From contig JAGPDF010000011.1 of assembly GCA_018057705.1 (NCBI GenBank), positions 21,985 through 85,984 of the forward strand: a DNA stretch of 64,000 nucleotides, read 5' to 3'. Both the position numbers and the translations under genes were made by a program. Of the stretch, positions 56,699 to 64,000 are shown in pieces (positions within the stretch are counted from its first letter, which is position 1; each line of letters starts with the position of its first letter). The stretch is from Thermoanaerobaculia bacterium. Lineage in GTDB: Bacteria; Acidobacteriota; Thermoanaerobaculia; Multivoradales; JAGPDF01. The notes below the pieces were generated by a model. It was not told the DNA's origin. It ran no database searches and saw nothing but the letters and a program-made list of their open reading frames with translations.

Positions 56699-57483
56699 CG
56701 TTCGATCGGCGTCGCCGGCCGCATCGGGCCGAGCGCCGCGTCGCCGGGATAGAGGACACGCTCGAGAAAGAGGCCCGAAGGCGGCGCGGTCGTCTCCGCC
56801 GGCTGGAACTGCGCCGGCTTGGACGGATCGAGCAGTCCTTCGAGCGCCGCGAGGGTCAGGGTGCCACCGCCCACCTCGACCAGCGCGCCGACGATCCGCC
56901 GCACCATCTTCCACAGGAAGTGCGACGCCACGACGCGCACCAGGATGAGCTCGCCCGCGACCTCCACCTCGCAGCGCTCCACGACCACGATGGTCGAAGT
57001 CTGCTCGAGCGGCTTCTCGCAGAAGCGGGCGAAATCGTGCCGTCCGGCGAGGAGCTGGGCCGCGGCGCGCATCGCACCGACATCGAGCGGCCGGCGCACC
57101 CACCAGACGAAGCGCTTGGCGAGCGCCGTCCGCCGCCGTGAGATCTGGTAGAGGTAGCTGCGCGAGGTCGCGGTGTGGCGGGCGTGAAAGCGGTCGCCGG
57201 CCGGCTCGATCGACAGCAGGTGGATGTCGGCCGGGAGCGCTTCGTTGACGGCGCGCAAGATCTCTTCCCGGCGCAGCTTCCCGGCAGTCTTCACGTGCGC
57301 CACCTGCGCCAGGGCGTGCACGCCGGCGTCGGTCCGGCCCGAGCCTGCGAGCTCCACCTTCTCTCCCGCGGCCGCTTCGAAGGCCTGCCGCACCTCGCCG
57401 GCGACGGTGCGGGCGTTCTTCTGCTCCTGCCACCCGCGGTAGCGGGTTCCTTCGTATTCGAGGGTCAGACGATAGGTGGGCAT
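56695..57483 (-). CDS. truA: tRNA pseudouridine(38-40) synthase
   Basis: 'YRLTLEYEGTRYRGWQ', 'GSGRTDAGVHA', 'FHARH'. Confidence 0.9.
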   Translation of the reverse strand: MPTYRLTLEYEGTRYRGWQEQKNARTVAGEVRQAFEAAAGEKVELAGSGRTDAGVHALAQVAHVKTAGKLRREEILRAVNEALPADIHLLSIEPAGDRFHARHTATSRSYLYQISRRRTALAKRFVWWVRRPLDVGAMRAAAQLLAGRHDFARFCEKPLEQTSTIVVVERCEVEVAGELILVRVVASHFLWKMVRRIVGALVEVGGGTLTLAALEGLLDPSKPAQFQPAETTAPPSGLFLERVLYPGDAALGPMRPATPIER

Positions 57484-57506
57484 TTGGACGCTAGAATAGC
57501 CGTACT

Positions 57507-58493
57507 TTGGGACTCGCTTCGCGGCTCGCTCAGATTCCGCTCTTCGCGCACTTCCGCGCGCCGGAGATCGAAGCGCTCGCCGCCTGCGCCGTCGGGCGTG
57601 CTTATGCCGCCCAGGCGGGCATCCTCCGCCAGGGTGAGCCGACGTTGGATGTCTACGTCGTGGATCGCGGCCTGGTCGACATCCAGCGCACCACGCCCTA
57701 CGGCCAGTTCACCATCGCGCAGCTGGGCAGCGGCCAGCTCTTCGGCGAGACCAGCTTCGTCGACTCGAGCACGCGCTCGGGCGACGCGGTCGCGCACACC
57801 GAGACGGCGCTCGTCGCGCTGCAATCGGCGCCGACGCGCGACCTCATCGCACGCGACAAGCGCGTCGCGGTGGCGCTCTACTGGGCGTTCTGGAAAAGCC
57901 TCTCGGCGAAGCTGCGCAGCACCAACGAGCAGCTCGGCCGCTTCTTCTCGCAGGGTCCCAGATCCGCCGTCGAGAAGCCCCCGCTCTCGAAGTCGCTGAC
58001 CGGCGAGTTCCGGCTCGACATCGCGGCCAAGCGCGATCTGTTCGCCGAACAGAAACTCTCGCCGCTCGAAATCAACTTCCTGACCTCGCTCTCCAAGGAG
58101 CGCAAGCTCAAAGGCGGCCAGATCGTCTTTCACGAGGGTGATCCGGGTGACGCCATGTACGTCGTGCTCGAGGGGCGGATCCTGATCAGCAAGTTCATCC
58201 CCGGCGCCGGCGAAGAGGCCCTGGCGTTTCTCGAACGCGGCGACTACTTCGGCGAGATGGCCTTGATCGACAGCGCGCCGCGCTCGGCGCAGGCGCGGGC
58301 CCACGACGGCGGCGCTGTGGTGCTGGCGATTCCGGCCGAAGTAGTGGCGGGGATCCTCGACGTCCGCAAAGTCTCGTCGCTGCCGCTGCTCAAGATCCTC
58401 TGTGGCCTGGTCGCGAAGCGCCTGCGCGAGGTCGACGACAAGATCGTCGGCTGGTACATCCTCTCCGGCGGCGAGTCGAATCAGGTCGGCTGA
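57507..58493 (+). CDS. Tandem cyclic-nucleotide-binding-domain protein (no output domain)
   Basis: It has two cNMP-binding modules ('GQLFGETSFVDSSTRSGDAVA' and 'GDYFGEMALIDSAPRSAQARA'). TTG start. No HTH is recognisable. Confidence 0.7.
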   Translation: MGLASRLAQIPLFAHFRAPEIEALAACAVGRAYAAQAGILRQGEPTLDVYVVDRGLVDIQRTTPYGQFTIAQLGSGQLFGETSFVDSSTRSGDAVAHTETALVALQSAPTRDLIARDKRVAVALYWAFWKSLSAKLRSTNEQLGRFFSQGPRSAVEKPPLSKSLTGEFRLDIAAKRDLFAEQKLSPLEINFLTSLSKERKLKGGQIVFHEGDPGDAMYVVLEGRILISKFIPGAGEEALAFLERGDYFGEMALIDSAPRSAQARAHDGGAVVLAIPAEVVAGILDVRKVSSLPLLKILCGLVAKRLREVDDKIVGWYILSGGESNQVG

Positions 58494-59644
58494 CTCGCGG
58501 CGCGCGCCAGGACCTTTCTCGCCACGCCGGTGAGCGGCAAGCCGCCGGCCGCCTCGCGGCCCCACCAGTGAAGGTCCGCGGTCGCCGCGCCGTCGCTCGC
58601 GCGAGCGCTACCGCCGACCACACCGGGCTCGGCCCCCGCTCCCTCAGCGAGCGTATCGCTCTCGACCCCAGCACCCTCCCCGGCCGGCGCATACACCGCT
58701 CGCCGCACCTCGATCGCGAAGCTGCGCGTGGTGATGGCGTGGCGCAGCCGGGTGACCTCCGCGCCGAGCGTCCAGAAGCCGCCGAAGGCTGCCGCCAGCT
58801 GCGCTTCGGGCGCCGCCGGCCCGCCCAGGTCGACCGCCGGAAAATCCCACAGCCCGGCGAGCTGCCCGGCGGACGGGCTCCGCCTGAAGAGCAGAACCCT
58901 TCCCCTCACCTCAACGAAGGCCACGAGCTGGCGGACGCGTTCAGCAGCGGGGCGCGGCTCGCTCGCCGGAAAGCTCTCCGCCGCTGCGAGCGCGCGGGCC
59001 TGACAACCTTCGGCCAGCGGGCAGACGGTGCAGCGCGGGGACCGCGGCGTGCAGACGGTCGCACCGAGCTCCATCAGGGCCTGGTTGCTGTCGCCTGGGC
59101 GGGCCGGGTCGAGAAAGCCCGCCGCGATAGCGAGCAGGGCGCTGCGGTCGCTCCGGCGCTTCGCCCCGGCGCTCCTGGCGGCGTAGCGGCAGACGACGCG
59201 CTCGACGTTGCCGTCGAGCACCGGAACCACTTCGGCGAAGGCGATGCTGGCGATCGCCGCCGCGGTGTAGGGCCCGATCCCCGGCAGGAGCTCGAGCTCG
59301 CGGGCCGTGCGGGGAAGGGCGCCGCCTTCGGCGACGATCGTCCTCGCCGCCGCCAGCAGCGCGCGGCAGCGCCGGTAGTATCCAAGCCCCGACCAGAGGG
59401 CGAGGACCTCGGCCTCGTCGGCCTCCGCCAGACTCGCGACGTCGGGAAAGCGCGCCAGGAAGCGCAGGTAGTAGGGCCTCGCGGTCTCGACCCGGGTCTG
59501 CTGGAGCATGATCTCTGAAATCCAGACGCCGTAGGGGTCGACGACCGGAAAACTGGACGCGCCCGGCGGGCTGTCCTCCCGGCGCCAGGGGAGGGCCCGC
59601 TTGTGGCGGTCGAACCAGGCCAGGAGTGCCTCACCGGGCTGCAT
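58481..59644 (-). CDS. mutY: A/G-specific adenine glycosylase
   Basis: ATG at 59644. 'LPWRR', 'YGVWISEIMLQQTRV', 'GLGYYRR', 'LPGIGPYTAAAI' and the 4Fe-4S 'C..PRC..CP' are present, plus a NUDIX-like C-terminus. Confidence 0.88.
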   Translation of the reverse strand: MQPGEALLAWFDRHKRALPWRREDSPPGASSFPVVDPYGVWISEIMLQQTRVETARPYYLRFLARFPDVASLAEADEAEVLALWSGLGYYRRCRALLAAARTIVAEGGALPRTARELELLPGIGPYTAAAIASIAFAEVVPVLDGNVERVVCRYAARSAGAKRRSDRSALLAIAAGFLDPARPGDSNQALMELGATVCTPRSPRCTVCPLAEGCQARALAAAESFPASEPRPAAERVRQLVAFVEVRGRVLLFRRSPSAGQLAGLWDFPAVDLGGPAAPEAQLAAAFGGFWTLGAEVTRLRHAITTRSFAIEVRRAVYAPAGEGAGVESDTLAEGAGAEPGVVGGSARASDGAATADLHWWGREAAGGLPLTGVARKVLARAASQPT

Positions 59645-59718
59645 GTTTGGCAGTGTATCCGCCCGGCATCGGCCGCTATTGGGGATAAATTCGCGAAAAC
59701 GGCCAAATCGACCGGCCG

Positions 59719-59933
59719 CCAGAAAGGAATCGGCCCCGGTCGAAACCGGGGCCGAAGAAAAGAACCGCATGCGGGAGGTTCCGAGTTGGTTGGCTCTTAA
59801 GTGGCTATACCCCTGTTACTTAGGGGATCTAGGCGGGGCTTGAAGAGGGGTGGAGATCAACCGGATCTCGAAACTTCTGGGTGGGGTGATATTGGGGAAG
59901 TGGAACCTCCTCGCGCACGGTGATGACTCTGCT
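59719..59933 (-). ncRNA. Candidate sigma-54-dependent small RNA (C-rich), or structured leader of mutY
   Basis: It is bounded by a canonical -24/-12 promoter (predicted TSS ~59933). The other boundary is an 8-bp GC hairpin GGCCCCGG-uuucga-CCGGGGCC (59732-59753) followed by GAUUCCUUUCU. No plausible ORF is present. There are five CCCC runs. Confidence 0.4.
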
Positions 59934-59944
59934 CTAACTGGTTA

Positions 59945-59959
59945 GCAAAACGGGTGCCA
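59945..59959 (-). promoter_or_regulatory. Sigma-54 (-24/-12) promoter
   Basis: The minus strand reads TGGCACccgttTTGC(t), with exact GG-N10-GC spacing. It lies in a 490-nt intergenic region. Confidence 0.65.
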
Positions 59960-60136
59960 GTCCCCGCTTATTCCTGATCCCCCCTCCTTGCCCCAAGGGG
60001 CAGCGTTCTGGCGCGCGCGTCACCTTCGAAGTCCGGCGCCCACCGGCAGCGGCGCCGCGCAGGCCGCTCCCAGGCCGCCGCGAGCCGCCCGGCCGCGCAG
60101 AACGCGCTATCTTCCGGGGTTGGAGAATCGTCACCA

Positions 60137-61930
60137 ATGCGAAGGCTCTTCTTTCTTCTGCTCCTCGTCACCCTGGTCGGTCTCGTCGTCGCTGGCGGCA
60201 GCTACCTCTTGCTGCAGCGCGCAGAGGCGCCCGGCTGGGGCAGCGACAAGATCCTCACTCTCACCCTCGACCGGCCGCTGCGCGAACAGGCCCTCGAGCC
60301 CACCTTGCCGTTCCTGGATCCCGAGGAGCAGGCCTCGCTCGCCCTGCTTTACCGCGGATTTCTCGCCGCCCGCACCGATCCGTCCGTGGTCGGCGTCGCG
60401 CTCTACATTCAGGACGCCTCCTTCGGCCTGGCCAAGGCGCAGGAGTTTCGCCGCCAGATCGCCGAGCTCGACAAGGCCGGCAAGCCCGTCCACTGCTTTC
60501 TCGAGACGGCCGGCGAAGGCGGCAACGGGACGCTCGAGTACTACCTCGCCTCGGCCTGCACGTCGCTCGCCCTTGCCCCGGCGGGCGAGATCAACCTGCT
60601 TGGCCTCTACGCTGACGGTCTCTTCCTGCGTGGCGGGCTCGAGAAGCTCCGCATCGAGCCGAGCTTCCTGACCGCCGGCGAGTTCAAGAGCGCCGCCGAG
60701 ATCTTCACCGAAGTCCGCCATTCGCCGGCCGCGAAGGTCGCGCTCGACGCCCTGCTCGACAGCTTCTTCAGCCAGATCGTCGACGGGATCGCGGCCGCGC
60801 GCGAACGCGATGCCGAGACGGTCCGGGCCTGGGTGGACGCCGCGCCCGTCTCTGCCGCGGAGGCCCTCGAGAAGGGCCTGGTCGACGAGCTCGCCTACCC
60901 GGACGAGTTCCGCGACGGCCTCGACGCGCTCGGCGACGGCGCCGGGGAGGATGCCGAGCGCGTCGATTTCCTCGACTACGCGCGCGGTGTGAGCCGCCAC
61001 CTCGCGGGCGGCAAGCGCATCGCCGTGCTCTTCGCCCAGGGCGCCATCGTGCGCGGCGGCAGCGGGGGGGACTCGTTCGCGAGCGAGTCCTTCCTGGGCT
61101 CCGACGACATGGCCGGGGAGCTGCGCGCGCTCGCCGACGACGACTCGGTGGTGGCGGTCGTGCTGCGCATCGACAGCCCGGGCGGCTCGGCCCTCGCCTC
61201 TGACCTGATCCTGCGCGAGGTCGAGCAGCTGCGCGCCAGGAAACCGGTCGTCGCCTCGATGTCCGACGTCGCCGCCTCGGGCGGTTATTACATCGCCGCC
61301 CGCGCCACCCGGATCGTCGCCGAGCCGGCGACGATCACCGGCTCGATCGGCGTCGTGACGGGCAAGCTCGCGACCGGCCGCTTTCAGGAGGAGCTTCTGG
61401 GCATCACCCACGATCCCCTGCAGCGCGGCGCCAACGCCGACCTCTACTCCGGTCTCAAGCCGTTCGACGAGCGCCAGACCGCGGTGCTGCGGCGCCGCGT
61501 GAACGAGATCTACGGCCGCTTCCTCGACCATGTCGCGGAGGGCCGCAAACTCTCGCGCGCCGCCGTCGAGGCGGTCGCCGAAGGACGGGTCTGGACCGGC
61601 GCGGACGCCCTGGCCGTCGGCCTCGTCGACGAGCTGGGCGGGATCGACCGCGCCATCGCTCTGGCTCGCGAGCAGGCGGAGGTGCCGGAGTCCGACCGTC
61701 TGCCGCTGGTCTTCCTGCCCAAGCCGCCGAGCTTCTGGGAGCTCTTCTCCACCGACTCCGGCCCCGGCCTCGAGGCCCGCCTGCTGGCTCTCGTCGAGGC
61801 CCGCCTGGCCGGTGAGCTGGCCGGCCGCCTGGGGGCGCGCTACGGCGCGGCGCTGCCGCCCCCGGTCGCCCGCCCCCGCCTCGAGCTCGAGATCGACGGC
61901 GGCTGGCAGGCGCTCGCCCAGGGACTATGA
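60137..61930 (+). CDS. sppA: Signal peptide peptidase SppA (67K type, two S49 domains)
   Basis: An N-terminal TM is followed by 'SMSDVAASGGYYIA' and 'GSIGV'. The size is 597 aa. Confidence 0.88.
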   Translation: MRRLFFLLLLVTLVGLVVAGGSYLLLQRAEAPGWGSDKILTLTLDRPLREQALEPTLPFLDPEEQASLALLYRGFLAARTDPSVVGVALYIQDASFGLAKAQEFRRQIAELDKAGKPVHCFLETAGEGGNGTLEYYLASACTSLALAPAGEINLLGLYADGLFLRGGLEKLRIEPSFLTAGEFKSAAEIFTEVRHSPAAKVALDALLDSFFSQIVDGIAAARERDAETVRAWVDAAPVSAAEALEKGLVDELAYPDEFRDGLDALGDGAGEDAERVDFLDYARGVSRHLAGGKRIAVLFAQGAIVRGGSGGDSFASESFLGSDDMAGELRALADDDSVVAVVLRIDSPGGSALASDLILREVEQLRARKPVVASMSDVAASGGYYIAARATRIVAEPATITGSIGVVTGKLATGRFQEELLGITHDPLQRGANADLYSGLKPFDERQTAVLRRRVNEIYGRFLDHVAEGRKLSRAAVEAVAEGRVWTGADALAVGLVDELGGIDRAIALAREQAEVPESDRLPLVFLPKPPSFWELFSTDSGPGLEARLLALVEARLAGELAGRLGARYGAALPPPVARPRLELEIDGGWQALAQGL

Positions 61931-62005
61931 GGCCGCGGAACCCGTCTCGCTACCTGCGATATAGTCCAGCTCCCAGTTCCGACGGAGCTCTGCGCCCCGA
62001 AAAAG

Positions 62006-62026
62006 ATTTCCGCAAACTGTGGAAAA
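62006..62026. promoter_or_regulatory. DnaA-box-like sites upstream of dnaA
   Basis: ATTTCCGCA (62006-62014) and TGTGGAAAA (62018-62026) are present. The reverse complement of the second, TTTTCCACA, matches TTATCCACA at 8/9. Confidence 0.4.
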
Positions 62027-62050
62027 CCTGTTGATTTTCAAGCCCCCTCC

Positions 62051-63391
62051 GTGCCTTCACCCTCCTCCCCCCCCGACAACGGCTACTGGCCCCGCTTGCA
62101 GGAACGCCTGCGCGCCATCCTCGAGCCCGAAGAGTTCGGCACCTGGTTCGCGCCGCTCGTCCTCAAGAGCGAAGGCGAAACCGGAGTCGTCCTGGTCGCT
62201 CCCAACGAACGCTTCGTCCACACTCTCGAAGAGAGCTTTCGCGAAACGCTCGATCGCGAGTCCGGACTGCTGTTCGATGAGTTCTTCTCGGTCTCCGTGG
62301 TCGCGGAGGAGGTCGCGCGCAGCGGCCCTTCCGGCGGCGCGGGGCTCGGCTCCCCGGGGCCTTCGGTCCCGACCGGAGACCGGCTCAACCCGAAGTACAC
62401 CTTCGAGACCTTCGTCGTCGGCAACTCGAACCAGTTCGCGCATGCCGCAGCCCGGGCGGTCGCCGAGAGCCCCGCGCACAGCTACAACCCGCTTTTCCTC
62501 TACGGCGGCGTCGGTCTCGGCAAGACCCATCTCCTGCACGCCATCGGGCACCAGGTCCTGCGCCGCCGGCCGGAGCTCAAGGTCCTCTATTTCACCGCCG
62601 AACAGTTCGTCAATCAGCTGATCAACTCGCTGCGCTTCAAGTCGATGCACTCCTTCCGCGAGCGCTATCGCTCGATCGACGTCCTGCTGGTGGACGACAT
62701 CCAGTTCCTGGCCAACAAGGAGCGCACGCAGGAGGAGTTCTTCCACACTTTCAACACCCTCTACACCAGTCAGCGCCAGATCATCCTCTCCTCCGACTCG
62801 TCACCGCGGAACATCCCGGCGATCGAGGAGCGCCTGCGGTCGCGTTTCGAGTGGGGCCTGATCGCCGACATCCAGGCGCCGGATCTCGAGACCAAGGTGG
62901 CGATCCTGCGCCGCAAGGCCGATCAGGACGGCGTCGCCCTGCCGGACGACGTCGCGCTGTTCATCGCCTATCAGGTGAAATCGAACGTCCGCGAGCTCGA
63001 AGGAATGCTCAACCGGGTGGTCGCCTTCTCCTCGTTGACCGCGAAACCCCTGTCGCTCGAGCTCGCCAAGGAGACGCTCAAGGACATCCTCCCCGAGGAG
63101 GGCCGGCGCGCCACCGCCGCCGACATCATCAAGTTCGTCGCCCGGCACTACGGGCTCAAGGTCAGCGAGATCAAGTCGAAGTCGAACTCGAAGCAGATCG
63201 CCTTCCCGCGCCAGGTGGCGATGTTCCTCTGCAAGGAGCTGACCGACCTCTCCTACCCGGAGATCGGCCGCCAGTTCAACGACAAGCATCATTCGACGGT
63301 GATGTACTCGGTCGACAAGATCCTCAAGTTGAGGGCGACCGACGCCGAGCTCGAGCGGACTCTCGACGGTATGACCAAGCACCTCGGCTGA
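62051..63391 (+). CDS. dnaA: Chromosomal replication initiator protein DnaA
   Basis: 'NPKYTFETFVVGNSNQFA', 'LFLYGGVGLGKTHLL', 'VLLVDDIQF', 'SNVRELEG' and 'IAFPRQVAMFLCKELT'. GTG start. Confidence 0.95.
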   Translation: MPSPSSPPDNGYWPRLQERLRAILEPEEFGTWFAPLVLKSEGETGVVLVAPNERFVHTLEESFRETLDRESGLLFDEFFSVSVVAEEVARSGPSGGAGLGSPGPSVPTGDRLNPKYTFETFVVGNSNQFAHAAARAVAESPAHSYNPLFLYGGVGLGKTHLLHAIGHQVLRRRPELKVLYFTAEQFVNQLINSLRFKSMHSFRERYRSIDVLLVDDIQFLANKERTQEEFFHTFNTLYTSQRQIILSSDSSPRNIPAIEERLRSRFEWGLIADIQAPDLETKVAILRRKADQDGVALPDDVALFIAYQVKSNVRELEGMLNRVVAFSSLTAKPLSLELAKETLKDILPEEGRRATAADIIKFVARHYGLKVSEIKSKSNSKQIAFPRQVAMFLCKELTDLSYPEIGRQFNDKHHSTVMYSVDKILKLRATDAELERTLDGMTKHLG

Positions 63392-63426
63392 AGCCCCGGC
63401 ACTCTCGCTGCCCCTGCCGGAGAAGC

Positions 63427-63568
63427 TGCGGAAAACCGGTGGAGACACTGCGCAAATCCCAGCGCGGCTCTTTTTTCCGCCGCTCTTCGAGCGCTCTCCA
63501 CAGGTCCGCTTCCACAGCCCTACCCGGTGGAGCGCCTTTCCTGGCGGGCCTCGAGCGAGCTTTCCGCA
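63427..63568. promoter_or_regulatory. Cluster of DnaA-box-like 9-mers in the dnaA-dnaN spacer (candidate oriC part)
   Basis: The 9-mers are TGCGGAAAA (63427), TTTTCCGCC (63473), CTCTCCACA (63494), GCTTCCACA (63508) and CTTTCCGCA (63560). A short AT-richer patch lies at 63596-63612. Confidence 0.35.
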
Positions 63569-63651
63569 GATCCGCCGGGAACGACGTACGACTACGGCTA
63601 TGTTATGTTTTCCCCTCCTAGTACCCGGAGCCTTTAGCGGAGAAACAAGCT

Positions 63652-64000
63652 ATGGAACTACGCCTTCGGCGTGACCTCTTCCTCGCAGAACTCAGTCCGA
63701 TGCAGGGGATCGTCGAACGTCGCACGACGATCCCGGTGCTGTCGCACATCCTCCTCAAAGCCTCGGGCAAGAGCCTTCAACTCGCGGCCACGGATCTCGA
63801 TGTCTCGCTGACCAGCGCGGTCCCCGCGGAGGTCGAGAGCGAAGGGGCGCTCGCCGTCCAGGCGAAGAAGTTCACCGAGATCGTGCGCTCCGTGGTTGCC
63901 GAAGAGGTGAGGCTCAAGGTCGAGGACGAGCGGACTCTCCTCATCCAGGCGGGCAAGGCGCGATTCCGGATGCACGGTCTGCCGGCGGCCGACTTCCCGT
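63652..64000 (+). CDS. dnaN: DNA polymerase III beta subunit (5' partial, runs off the window)
   Basis: It is not in the track because no stop falls in the window. My translation is 'MELRLRRDLFLAELSPMQGIVERRTTIPVLSHILLKASGKSLQLAATDLDVSL..'. GGAG lies 10 nt upstream. Confidence 0.88.
   Translation, partial: MELRLRRDLFLAELSPMQGIVERRTTIPVLSHILLKASGKSLQLAATDLDVSLTSAVPAEVESEGALAVQAKKFTEIVRSVVAEEVRLKVEDERTLLIQAGKARFRMHGLPAADFP

Noticed and set aside
59603-59843. 65-80-aa ORFs in the mutY-sppA spacer
   Set aside because: They have no SD, biased composition, and overlap hairpins and the terminator-like structures. The region is better explained as non-coding RNA or leader.

Overview
High-GC (about 70% by spot counts) bacterial chromosome segment next to the replication origin; I cannot assign a taxon from sequence alone. 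The right half holds the origin-proximal core set. On the minus strand this is bactofilin, parB, parA, rsmG, jag, yidC, yidD, rnpA and rpmH, with a perfect parS site. It is followed by 2 tRNA-Ser, tadA, SRP RNA, dnaX, ybaB, recR, truA, mutY, sppA, dnaA and the 5' end of dnaN. The left and middle parts carry two glycosyltransferases and a sensor kinase/NtrC-type regulator pair. They also carry gap-pgk-tpiA-secG-tRNA-Leu, a PDZ/GAF/GGDEF protein and a bacillithiol operon (bshC, hydroxylase, bshB1, bshA). Further along are dusB, a Phd/VapC pair, tmRNA, a 5'-nucleotidase, mtnA, a trans-sulfuration enzyme, cutA, a pseudopilin, comEA, two lepB paralogs and pyrK-pyrD-pyrF. Many long Arg/Ala/Pro-rich ORFs in the track are shadow frames of real genes and were discarded. 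True starts were re-derived from the sequence, and many gene pairs share 4-nt ATGA/GTGA/TTGA stop/start overlaps. The most interesting signals are listed here. (1) A low-GC two-gene insert encodes a Dgt-type dGTPase coupled to an unassignable 232-aa protein. (2) A second low-GC insert carries an XRE/ImmA-IrrE switch divergent from three small ORFs, with palindromic operators. (3) Two canonical sigma-54 promoters (GG-N10-GC) are present. One lies directly downstream of the NtrC-type regulator and drives a secreted acidic protein plus YceI. The other drives a roughly 210-nt C-rich terminator-bounded RNA upstream of mutY. (4) A second, TM-anchored YidD paralog is coupled to DUF2752/DUF4190/DUF4870 membrane proteins. 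(5) A roughly 200-bp imperfect palindrome sits between convergent genes. No CRISPR array, rRNA, integrase or transposase was seen.
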